Shown here piece after piece: positions 1 through 10,821 of a stretch of DNA of 64,000 nt. Position 1 is the first letter of the stretch; each line of letters begins with the position of its first letter. The DNA comes from Gnetum montanum (lineage: Eukaryota > Plantae > Gnetophyta): NCBI GenBank assembly GCA_015680685.1, contig MNCI01001005.1:70529-134528 (forward strand), written 5' to 3'. Position numbers and translations under genes: made by a program. Below the pieces are notes generated by a model, which was not told the DNA's origin, made no database searches, and saw only the letters and a program-made list of their open reading frames with translations.

Positions 1-290
1 TGCAATGATGAAGTAATCTCGATCTTTATTGCTGGTCATGTGCGTGTCCAAGTACGGCACACTCGAATAAAGACACCGTACAATTACATTCACCACACTG
101 CGGGCAGACACGGGAAAAATTCTAACTCTGGAGGGATCAAACTGCCAGAGCTTCACTACACTAAAACTGGGATCCCGAATAAGGGAGAGCCGCCTCTTAT
201 TTATAGAAATTGCAGCTGAATGCGATATCGCCTACGCGATATCGTAGGGAAGGACGAGATATCGCGGCCGATGCAGACCACGTCTCATCA
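1..290 (-). mobile_element. Athila-like family A LTR (5' part; runs off window start), inserted into the element at 291-3330
   Basis: Reverse complement begins TGATGAG at 290 and is collinear with the LTR at 2500-3330 (GCGATATCGC repeats, CTATAAATA, AATAAA hairpin). No PPT next to it, so it is a 5' or solo LTR. Many CpGs are retained, suggesting a young copy. Confidence 0.85.
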
Positions 291-1750
291 GTTGTATTAA
301 GATCCTTGTAGATCTAATGAAAAATGAAAGTAAGAGTAATCAAAAGGACACTCAAAAATCAAATGCTATTCTAGGGGGTTCCACTAGAAAGACATGCAAC
401 CATGAATGAAGGTTGGCAGCTTCTTTGGATTCAGTAAAGTGAAAAAAAGAAAAGAAAATGAAAAGAAAAGTACCACACAATAAACATCACTCCTCCCTTG
501 AACAAAATGCCAAGTGATCGTATGCCTTGTTGTTATGGTACTTTGATAGTTGCTCATCATGGGATGAAACAATGTGATGTCACTGATTAGAGGAATGGAC
601 TTGGTCTTGATCTTGGAATGACAGGTTAATGACGCCTTAATCATGCTTTACATGGAGGATTCATTATGCTTTGGGTTAGTTACCTCATGTCCCAATCTCT
701 AAGATCCCTTTCTATAGTTTGTCTCATCTCACTATTCGTGTAATTGTAGCTCGTGTCATGTGTAGCATAGAATTCTTCCCTCATTCTAGTGATATTTACA
801 TGTGTGTGTTTTGTGGAGTTAGTGTGGATTACATTTAACCCTTTTAGTTCCCACGGACACTTTAAGTGTGGTTACACAAGGGCATTATAGGTTGGAACCT
901 GCTTTGGGGAGAACCCACTTGTGTAATCTTTTGTAATTTTCACTTATGACATAGCTCACACACACCATTTATTACCCTTAGCATATTGTTTATGATATTC
1001 TTTCCCTTATTACTATCCTTCCAATTCAACATCCATATGAATCATCACATAGCCTTTTTCTCTATCACACAAGGTCCTTATTGATAAAACCCACAGATCA
1101 TTATTCGTGCCTTTAATACCATCTAATTGCCTGAGAAACCCTTAACAATCATCCAGATGTCCTTAGTTTACATCGTTTAATTTCAAAAAAATATTAAAAA
1201 TTTGGTACATTCTCTAAGTGCCCTAACTTCAATGAAAATATGTATACGTGACCCCCCTGTGCTAATCAACATAATTTGCAATTGTTCATGCAGGGAAAGT
1301 TTTTCAATTCCTCTCTATGACTCGTGATTGCACGTCCCTTGCTTTCATATCCATAACTCACTCGTTGATGCTCCGATTTTCATTCCGTTTGAACCTAATT
1401 GAACTTGGAGTGTTCAACTTAGTCATGGGGAAGGGGCACACATCGAATAGTGCATATCATGCATAAATTGTTTTAAATTCATCATTGCCCGAAGGACATC
1501 ATTAAGGGTAATTAGTTGTAGAATTAAGAATAGCATGTGTCAAAAAAAATTTCATCCCCTTAGCTATACCAAAAAATTAAATTTTGGAAACCATCTAAGC
1601 AAAGAGGACTCAACACTATAATCTTCTGGGGACATGTTATTCCAATAGTTAACATCACATGGAAATAAAGTAAATCTATTAAGGCAAGCAGTAAGGTATA
1701 ACCTAACTTTGGTAATAACCTTACTAACAATTAGTTTTATGTGATTGCAG

Positions 1751-2340
1751 ATGGCCCTGAAACGTAGACAACAGAAAGGTCATGCTCAAGGTGCAATCAA
1801 ATGACCTAGGAGAGGTGAAGGACAAGTTCCTACTGAACAACATGTAGAGCAGGAGGAAAAATCATTTAGTATCTACCAAGAAGACCCTGATGCTGTACAA
1901 TCAAGGCCTATCCTCTCTAAAAGTGGTGCCTAGTACTTAGGGGAAACATACCAATTTTGGCACAATAAAGAACAAGGCACCATGGTTAACAATTGTGGTG
2001 TGTCTATTGATTTCTCTGTTCAAGCCATTTCAGAAGTATTAAACCTTCTAACTACAGGGCCAAAGGTTGCTTAGAACTAGCTGGACACTTTCAGAACCGA
2101 GCAACTTAATAAACTATTGACAGAGAATAAAAGGATGGCAGAAGAAAAAGAGAAGGCTGACTGGGATGCCTCTATGGCACAAGCGCAAACTTACACGTGC
2201 ACCAAGACACTCAAGGCCTTACAAGAGGAGAAACATCAAGCCATACTTTAACACCATCAAATCCCATGACCTGGAGGGCAAGAAAAAGGGAAAGACACCT
2301 ATGGAGGAGCCACTGCCACCAGGAACTACATGAGTTTCAC
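1751..2340 (+). pseudogene. Degenerate accessory ('env-like'/plant transposon protein-like) ORF of family A
   Basis: ATG at 1751 directly follows TACTAAC...TTGCAG. Reads MALKRRQQKG...NNCGVSIDFSVQAISEVLNL... in one frame with several TAG/TGA/TAA stops. Confidence 0.55.
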
Positions 2341-2499
2341 CAATTTTGTGATCATAGGATTTTCTTTTGTGTTGTATCTCAATTTTTGTTTTCTTCCCAC
2401 ATTGTGGCATCATTCCATTTTTCCATCTAATAATCCCATACCTATCCACTGTGTAATCACTGTAACTTAGAGACAAGTTTTCATTTAGTCATGGGGGTA

Positions 2500-3330
2500 T
2501 GATGGGATGCGATATCGCATCCCCTGCGATATCGCATACACGATATTTTGTCTTCCACTGTGATATTGCATATGCGATATTATAGTCCACTGAAATGTCT
2601 ATAAATAAGAAGTGGCTCTCCCTTGTTTCGAATACATAGGTTAGATTGTAGCGAAACTCTGGGAATTTGATCCCTCCAAAGATAGATTATTTTCCCATGT
2701 CTTCCTGCAATGTGGTGAATGTAATCGTACGACATCCTTTATTCGAGTGTGATGTACTTGGACACACACATGACTAGAAATAAAGATTGAGATTACTTCA
2801 TCATTGCAACATTTAATTTATTTATTTATTTATTTAATTGTTATTTACTGCTTTCCTAATTAGTCTCTCTCACCCTTAAACTCACATTAGAACATGAATT
2901 GAGTATGACTTGATTACAAGCATTTAAGTGTGACTACTTGGTAACCCAGTGGCGTACCTAGGATCTGCACTTGGTAATGCCAGTGGTAGTCGTGCATGAA
3001 TTCCAAGATGTGTAGGGATAATTAAGGAATGGATGCTCATTGCACTTAGGCTAGTTTAGATTCTCTTACCCTTTTCCTCCTAGCTTAGTTAATCTTACTT
3101 TCTATTGCCTTTAGGAGTAGCATTAGATTAGGAAATCCATCATACACCTCACTCTGGACTAAACTATACATGACAAAGATAATACTAGTCTAGGTGGGAA
3201 GATAGCAAACTGAGACCTAAGGATAACTATCTAGGTGCCACAACTAGTCCATTTGAGGAGTTTGCCCAGATCGTGCATGAGAATGCTCGTATTTGTATGG
3301 TTGAGTGTAGGGGTACCTTGCCACTCATTA
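2500..3330 (+). repeat. 3' LTR, family A (~830 bp)
   Basis: TGATG...CCACTCATTA (decayed CATCA). TATA at ~2600 and AATAAA at 2779. The U5 end matches 11640-11703, 18430-18502 and 37890-37962. Confidence 0.9.
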
Positions 3331-4020
3331 GAAATGAAGGCTGTTGAAAATGAAATAATATTATTAGTTACTATTTTAGGTTTTTAAGTAGGTAGGAAAC
3401 TCCTATAAGTTATGATTATTGTAATTTTTGTAATTTTCTATTTCTTAGAGGTTAAGGATCACTTTATAAAATTCTCTCAAGTTTTTAATATGTTCAAAAA
3501 TAGTAACGTCATCCTTCATGACTAAGGTTGCAACCTCATAATAGGGTCATGACAAAATGCAAAGGTATTCTCAAGATCCATATTGATATGCTAGTTAACT
3601 ATGTATTCTAGGCCAATAATGTCTAGTATCATTTTAGGGGTCATAAATGTAATAAATAACTTGAAAACCTATTTCTATAGCTAAATTTTGGAAAAATTCA
3701 AAACAAAGATAAAACATGATCAAAAGTTATGAAAATGTTATCAAACTTATCCAAAATGTTGACAAACGTTCCATTTATGATAACAAATCTAATAAAATAA
3801 CAAGATTATAGAAAATAATTTAAAAAATTTAGATATAAGAATTTAGACAATTTAACAAATAGTTGCTAAGCAGATGAAATCAACAAAAACATATGTGCAC
3901 AAAAAAAATTATGAAAATCCATAACTAGAAGAAAACACCAAAACTAGTATACCTGAAAATGATAGCACTACAAGAAAAGGATCCTTCCATAAGTTCAATC
4001 TCACAAACAAGCTTAAAATG
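3331..4020 (-). repeat. Fragment of Tekay/Del-family LTR, probably the 3' LTR of the element at 21975-36736
   Basis: Collinear but highly diverged similarity to ~34990-35670 (AAGGTA..CAAGATCCA, TTTTAGGGGTCA, TTTAGATAT.AGAATTTAG, AAACACCAAAA, AATGATAGCA, CAAACAAGCTT). Confidence 0.65.
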
Positions 4021-4645
4021 TTAAGTATTTTTACATCTCAGCACTACTTGGGTGCATCTGATACTTATCTCAAGTAAGCCTCACCTTATTTGTAAACCTC
4101 AATGACCTAAAGCTATCAACAAAAATACAGAGTCTACTAGAGGTAGATTTTTAATCTTTTTCTAACATCAAGAATCTGAAGTATAGGTTTTGGGCTCTAT
4201 GATGACATTTGGAACATGCAAGAAACATCTTAGTTGAGAGGTGAGTCTTTACAAGAGATGTCTCACATGTGTAGGATATGTTTTAAATGAGAAGAAAACA
4301 TCTCATCTTACTTGGAGATTTTCTAGTTTTTATGATACTTCTCAAGGAAGACATCTCATACTAAGAGAAGAAATCTCACACCTAAAGTAGATGCCTCCCA
4401 CTCTCAAGATATTTCTCACTTGAATGGTGGAATTTCATTAAAGATATCTAACAAGGGCCAAAGATGACCTGTAGGGTGGGGGAAACTCCTAAATCCTTAG
4501 TTCCAAATTGGAAAACATCTTAGTTAGAGGAGAAAAAGATGGAAATAAAAAAATATCTTTAATTTAAGCTTAAGGATAGCTTTTTATCTTTTTTCTCTAT
4601 AATTTTCAATAAATATTATTATTATTACAAAATTTATATATCATT

Positions 4646-7600
4646 TGGTATTTGGATACCTCTTTTGATTCCCTTAGTCTACCCTACATACTATGTGTCT
4701 TTTTGTGATGATTTTTTTGAGGATGATTCTTAGATTTTTTGACATGTTTGGAGGTGCTTTGGCTCATTTTGATGAGTTTAGAAGGTTCCAAGATCTATGG
4801 GAACTTGTTGGGAGGCATCCAGAGGCTCTCGACATCAAAATGAGCACTTTTATTTTTGGCACCTTCAAAAGAGACACCTTTCTAGAAAGATAGATGTCTT
4901 TCTATAGACATCTTCCTATAGATGTCTCCCCTAAAGTGGATACATCTATCGAAAATGGTATATGTCTCTCTCAGGAGTAGGGCTTCCATAGGAGACATCT
5001 ACATGAAGCCAGGGATGACCTAGGTGCATGAAGTATGCCCATTAAAATTTGAGAAATAGCCAAAGAAAGATGGAAATAGTTGGGGAGAAGTTGAGAAGAC
5101 TTGGAAAACATATAAAGAACCTCAATTTGACTTGAGGAAAATTTTCTAAGGATTTTATCTTCTAGTTTCATATAAATATTGATATAATTCATCATTGATA
5201 GTGTTGTAGTGTTAAGTGCCACAATGCCAAGTGTTGAAGTGCCAAGGGGTGAAGTGCAAATGCTAAAGACTAAGCATCCCAATAAAGAGAAAAAGAGAGA
5301 GATCTTGAGGGATGAGAGCTTATGCAAGGAAGTTGAGTGAGAGGCAAGGAAGAGCACTTGAGAGAGATTATAATTATCTCTTATAAGTGTCTTGTCTTGA
5401 GTTTGGGCTCCATTGTGAGTACTTGAGGATTAAGAGAGAACAAGTATCACCTCTAAGATCCTTGGGAGAGTTTTGAGTTGAACTTGGCTCCTCATCTTTG
5501 ATGTATTTTCTATGTATTTTGGTAATTATCTTAATAGAAGGGATGTTTTCTACATTGTATTATGTTATTCTTACTTTCTAAGTTGATCTTCTTGGAAGTT
5601 GTGGATTGGGTCCTACTGGGGTCTATCAAGGTGCAACTCCCCTACACCAAAGTGGTATTAGAGCAAAGGTTTAGAGGCTTATAGAATGTTATTGAAGCTT
5701 GGTGTTGTCTTTGAATTAAAAGAACATTGTTGTGGATATTTGTGTATTTTCTTTTGGATATCATTCTTGTTGCTTTAGGTATGGCTTCAAATAAGAAGAC
5801 ATATTAAGAGCTTAGACAAGAGCTTCAATAGTTTAAGAACTTCTTTAAAGCTTCTATGGTTGAAATGCAAGAAGTTATTCCCAAAGTAAAGGTCCACAAG
5901 CACCAAGATTTTGTAGAAACTTTAGAAAGAGATATGGATAAATTAAAGTCTAGCAGGAGAAGTACTTTGAGGATAATTGATAAAATATGTTCCATCCATC
6001 AAGAACAAAAGGAAGATGATAAATTTGATAAAGTATTGATCAATGAGAAAAGGAGTGCTCAAGTATCTTATTGAGAAAGGGAGTGTTAAATACTCAAAGG
6101 TTTCAAGGGAGGAAACTAAGAGCTTCATAAAAGAGATCAAGAGATCTTCAAAATCCAAGATGATGTATGCTTTTGATCAAGAAGAGTTCCTACCTCATGA
6201 GTCATATGAGGTGAAGGATCAAAGCTAAGAGAGTGGCAAAGATCAAGGGACTTCTTCAAGTAGGATCAAGGGTAGCACTAGAAAGTTTGATAGTCATTCT
6301 TTTTGTAATTGTTCTATACCTTATGGTAAGGAAAAGGATATTCTAAGTCACGTTGAGACTATCTCATGGGAGAGAGGTGAGTCTTCTAGCTAAGGTATGA
6401 AATAACGATTGCTTTAATGATGTTTGTTTTGGTGAATATGATGTTAAGGCCATGGAGGAGAGTTTACCTTTTTATTTGGTACCTCCAAAGTGGGATGAAG
6501 AGCTTGTTGATGATTCCTTTGAAGAAAAGAAACCATTGGAATTAGGTAATCCTATTTTGGATCATGAACCTTCAAGCTTTGATGAGATTGGACAGCCACA
6601 TGTTGAAGATCAAGTTGAACCAATGATGAATAGGAGAAGCCATGAAGGGATAAGTAAGGATGAGGTTTACCTTGTTGATGGTAGTAATGTCTCTCATGTT
6701 GAAGCTAGTGTGATGGATGCTAGTTTTTCACTTCAGCTTGATAGTGGTTTATTCAATGGTAATGATGAGCATCATGATCATTGTGGTGATTATGATAAGA
6801 TTGAGAATCATATTATGACTTTTAATGCCATTGCTGGTAAGAGGAAGAATAGTAATGATAAATTTTTTGATGATGATGGCTATTAGAATAGTCATTATGA
6901 GAAGGTCATTATTGATTTAAGTGAAGACATTGATAATGATATGATTTTCTAGAATTTGAAAATGTTTGCTGTTGATTATAGAAATGATAAATCTGTGAAT
7001 TATGTTGATGGATTTGATTGTATTGGCTGTAAAATGAAAGTGCATCATGAAGGCAATCTACATCATGGTGATGAAAGGAAGCTAGGTGGTAGTCTTCCAA
7101 ACACTAAGAAGAAGAAGTTGAAGAAGAGGGAAAAGAAAAAAAGAAAGGATGTTAGATTAAGAAAGCATAATCTTTTATCTTTTTCTTATTCTTTATTTAT
7201 TATAGGTTTAAGTCATCATGGATATGTAAGGAGAGAATTCCAAGGAGATGATCATATGAAGGAAGCATGGTGGGACATGAGGACAAGCCCCCATGAGCAA
7301 GGGAAGCTCAAAACTAAAGCCTCTAATGAAATTTATTCTCATGTTTATCATGCATTAATTCATGAGTATTGTGATGGCCTTAAGTTATAAGGTCATGGTG
7401 CCTTCTAGCTTTTGAAAGATCATGAAGCATGAAATTTTTAATGGTGGGAGAGTTGGTGTAGGGACACCTCTTCTGATTTCTTTACTCAACCCTACATACT
7501 TTGTGTCCTATTTTGATTATTTTTTTGAGGATTATTCTTGGATTTTTTGACATGTTTGAAGGTGTTTTTGACTCATTTTGATGAGTTTAGGAGGTTCTAG

Positions 7601-8436
7601 GATCTATGGGAACTTGTTGGGAGGCATCTAGAGGCTCCCAACATTAAAATGAGCACTTTCATTTTTGGCACCTTTATAAGAGACATCTTTCTAGAGATGT
7701 TTTCACTAAAGTGGAGACATCTATCAAAAATAGTAGATGTCTATTGCAAGAAAAGGGCTTCTATAAGATAACATCTACATGAAGTCAAAGATGACGAAGA
7801 TGCATGGAGAAACTTTGGAAAATGCCTATTCCAATTCAAGAAATAGTTAATGCAAGATGAAAAAAACCAAGGAGAATGTGTGAAGACTTAGTAGACATCT
7901 AAAGAACCTCAAGTTGAGTTGAGGAAAGGTTTTTAGGATTTTTACCTTTCAGTTGCCTATAAATATTAATGTAATTCATCATTGTTAGTGCTGTAGTGCC
8001 AAATGCCACAATTTCAAGTGTCGAAGTGCCAAGGATAAAGTGCAAATGTTGAAGGACAAACATCCCAATAGACAGCAAGAAAGAGAGCTCTTAAGGGAAG
8101 AGAGCTTGTGCAAGGAAGTTGAGTGAGAGGAAAGGAAGAGCACTTGAGAGAGATTAGAAGAATCTCTTATAAGTGCCTTATCTTGAATTTGGGCTCCACT
8201 GTGAGCAATTGAGGATTAAGAGAGGACAAGTGTGGCCTCTAGGATCCTTGGGAGAGTTGTGAGTTAAGCTTGGCTCTTTATCTTTGAAGTATTTTATATG
8301 TATTTTTAGAATTATATTAATATAAGGGATATTTTCCTCATTTTATTATTTAATTATTATTTTCTAAGCTATATCTAGTTGGAAGTTGTGGATTGGATCC
8401 TACTAGGGTCTATCAAGGTGCAACTCTCTTGCACCA
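4646..8436 (+). mobile_element. Complete non-autonomous LTR element (3.8 kb, no RT/IN), related to the CRM-like host
   Basis: LTRs 4646-5649 and 7454-8436 (TGGT...ACCA). TSD TCATT at 4641-4645 and 8437-8441. PBS TGGTATTAGAGC at 5653-5664 and PPT GGTGGGAGAG at 7443-7452. Confidence 0.92.
5781..7430 (+). pseudogene. Degenerate single ORF of the non-autonomous element (acidic/low-complexity, Lys-rich patch; no recognisable pol domain)
   Basis: ATGGCTTCAAATAAG at 5781, then ORF fragments 5856-6074, 6043-6228, 6452-6886 and 6956-7390 running up to the PPT. Confidence 0.55.
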
Positions 8437-8949
8437 TCATTGTGAGTTGATGAGATTTTACAAGAGAGTGTTATGAGCACACATTGAGTGAGTCCATGAT
8501 TGTGGTTGTAGATTAATATTAATTATGTATGTCTTTGGACTATGTGTTCTTGAGGTATTACTTGTGAGCTGAGATCCCAATCATGAGTTATGGAAGAGAT
8601 TCTCATAAAATTATACCTTGCATCGAGGATAATTGTTGTATGATTGTAGAGCCTCATGCTCTAGAGCATTGTTAAAGTATTATGAGTGAAGTGATGTTGT
8701 GGATTTTGGAACCTAGATTGTAATCTTATTTACATCAATTAGAGATAGCTAATTTTATTATTTTTTAGAAAATTATTTTATCTTCATGATAACTAGATTC
8801 AATAGGCTTTTTTAAAGGATTTAAAAATTGAGAGATCTTGCTCCAGCATTATTGGTAATAGAGCATTAGGTTAATTATTTCTTTGAGAGATCTTGCTCCA
8901 GCAGTAGGAAGAAGTAGCTTCAAGCCTTGAATAGAGACATATAAAGCAT

Positions 8950-10821
8950 GAAATATTTCTTTCAACTAATGGTTGCTTAGTTGGATGAGATTAGTACTAA
9001 GGTAGATAGGAATGTAGGTAATCATCATATTCAAATGCATGAAGATGATGAGCATTCATGTTTGAATGATTATGATGAAGTTTCTTAGCTAGGTAGAGAA
9101 CATAACAAGGAAGGAAAATCTAGCTATGGGATTGGAGGACCCCATTAGCATAGGATTCTAATGAGAAGAAATCTAGTTCCTCATGTTAGAATTCCAAGAG
9201 CTGTATTAGTGATCACTACTTCTCATGGAAAGCTAGACAAGTATGATGAGGCCAGGCTTGCTAGAGTATTCAAAAATGCTACCATGCTTTTGTATGTACA
9301 ATTGAAGACTTTAAATAATGTAGATGGTACTAATGATTTTTCAAGTTGGCTAGGGACACTTGAGAAGCATTTAGAGTTAGAATACATATCAAACCAATTA
9401 AGGATACCTATTACTGAATCCATATTAGAGCATATTTCTTTTGCTTGATGGGTAAAGAAGTCCCAAAGTTATGAAATAATATATGGTTAAACCATCAATA
9501 TTGGAATCAGATGAAATATAGGTTGAGACGAAAATTTAAATATTCTCATTAGAGGTAAGAAATCATTATAAAATTGAAATTCCTAAGATAAAGATGACAA
9601 AGATGTCAAGGAGTTTTACCTCAAATGTTGTAATCTATTCCATCAAGATAAGATGAACTGGAAGGAGTATGAATAGGCTTCATTCTTTTTAGAAGGTCTT
9701 AAAATGGTGTACCACCAAGAGTTTTCATTCTATAAGTCACAAAATCTTGATAAGGCTTATGATTTGGCACTCAAGGTAGAAAAGAAATTAAGTAGATATG
9801 GGAATAGGGGCAAACAAAGTTCCTAGGAAAAGGATAAGGAATTCAAATTTGAGAAGGGATCCAAGTCCAAATTTGAAGAGTAGAATGATAGCCATAACAA
9901 GAAGATAGAGAAGGTTGATAAGAAGGAAAAAGGCATGAAGGACCAAGGCATGGAAGGTAAGAGTCAAGGTAGCAACTCATCCAAGATTCAATGATTTAAG
10001 TATGAAGAATGGGGACATAAGCAATGGGAATGTTTATATCTCAAGACAACCAAGGGCAAGGATATGTAAACCATATAAGTGAAGGAGAAATATAGCTAAG
10101 AACTTTCAAAAGATAGCCCTAATGTTCGTAGGATTAAAGAAGTTTCTTAATTATATTTCTTATGCATTTATCAGGAATATGAATAGAGGAGACCATTCTA
10201 CTAGAGAATTGTTGTTTTAAATTAGAGCTAGATGTTTACTTACTGGTAAATGGATTTATATGTTGATTGATAGAAGAGACTAAGAAAATTTTATTTCATC
10301 TAGGATAGTTACTAGATTATCTTTGGTAACTAATCCTCTTCCAAGATCCTACAAGGTACATTGATTATTATGGAATTACTCTTAAGAGGTGAGTGAATAA
10401 TATGTTTTAAAATTTAAAATGAGGATTTTTCATGATGTTATGAAATGTGAATTACTTTCAATAGATTATGCTAATGTAATTCTTGATAGACCTTGAAGTT
10501 TCAACAATGATGCCTAATTTGATGGGTTAAGAAATGTATGAAGTGTACTTATACATGATGAAATTCATATGTTTATTCCCATGAAGATTGAATAAGTGAA
10601 GTAGCAAAGCTTACTTTATGCTTTCTTAATCATTCTAAGAGAGGAAATACATCAAGGAACCTTTAATAGGTATGCTAGGCTTAAAGGAGTAGTTTTCCAA
10701 GGTATTCAAGGAATAATTAGATGGATTTCTACGAATGAGGAATGTACAATAACAAATCAATTTTATTTCTAGTGCTACCATTCGAAATAAGAGAGCATAT
10801 CAAATGACATTGAATTAGTGG
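8950..10821 (+). pseudogene. gag, zinc knuckle, aspartic protease and start of RT of the CRM-like element
   Basis: gag-like WLGTLEKHL. Decayed CCHC (xFKYEEWGHKQWEC) at ~9990. Protease region with PRSYKVHxL and VILDRPx. RT start NKRAYQM continues in frame after the nested insertion. Confidence 0.75.

Larger units (their letters stand above)
291..3330 (+). mobile_element. 3' portion of Athila-like family A element (3' UTR, accessory ORF, PPT, 3' LTR)
   Basis: UTR blocks resemble 16200-17000 and 44700-45400 (e.g. CCTGCTTTGGGGAGAACCC). PPT TAGTCATGGGGGTA at 2486-2499 is followed by the LTR. Confidence 0.8.

Noticed and set aside
1-110. Hammerhead ribozyme/retrozyme in the LTR hairpin
   Set aside because: No CTGATGA...GAAA core in a three-way junction on either strand; it is a simple long stem-loop.
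4693-5357. ORFs 4693-4893 and 4971-5357 as genes
   Set aside because: They lie within an LTR and show no protein motifs.
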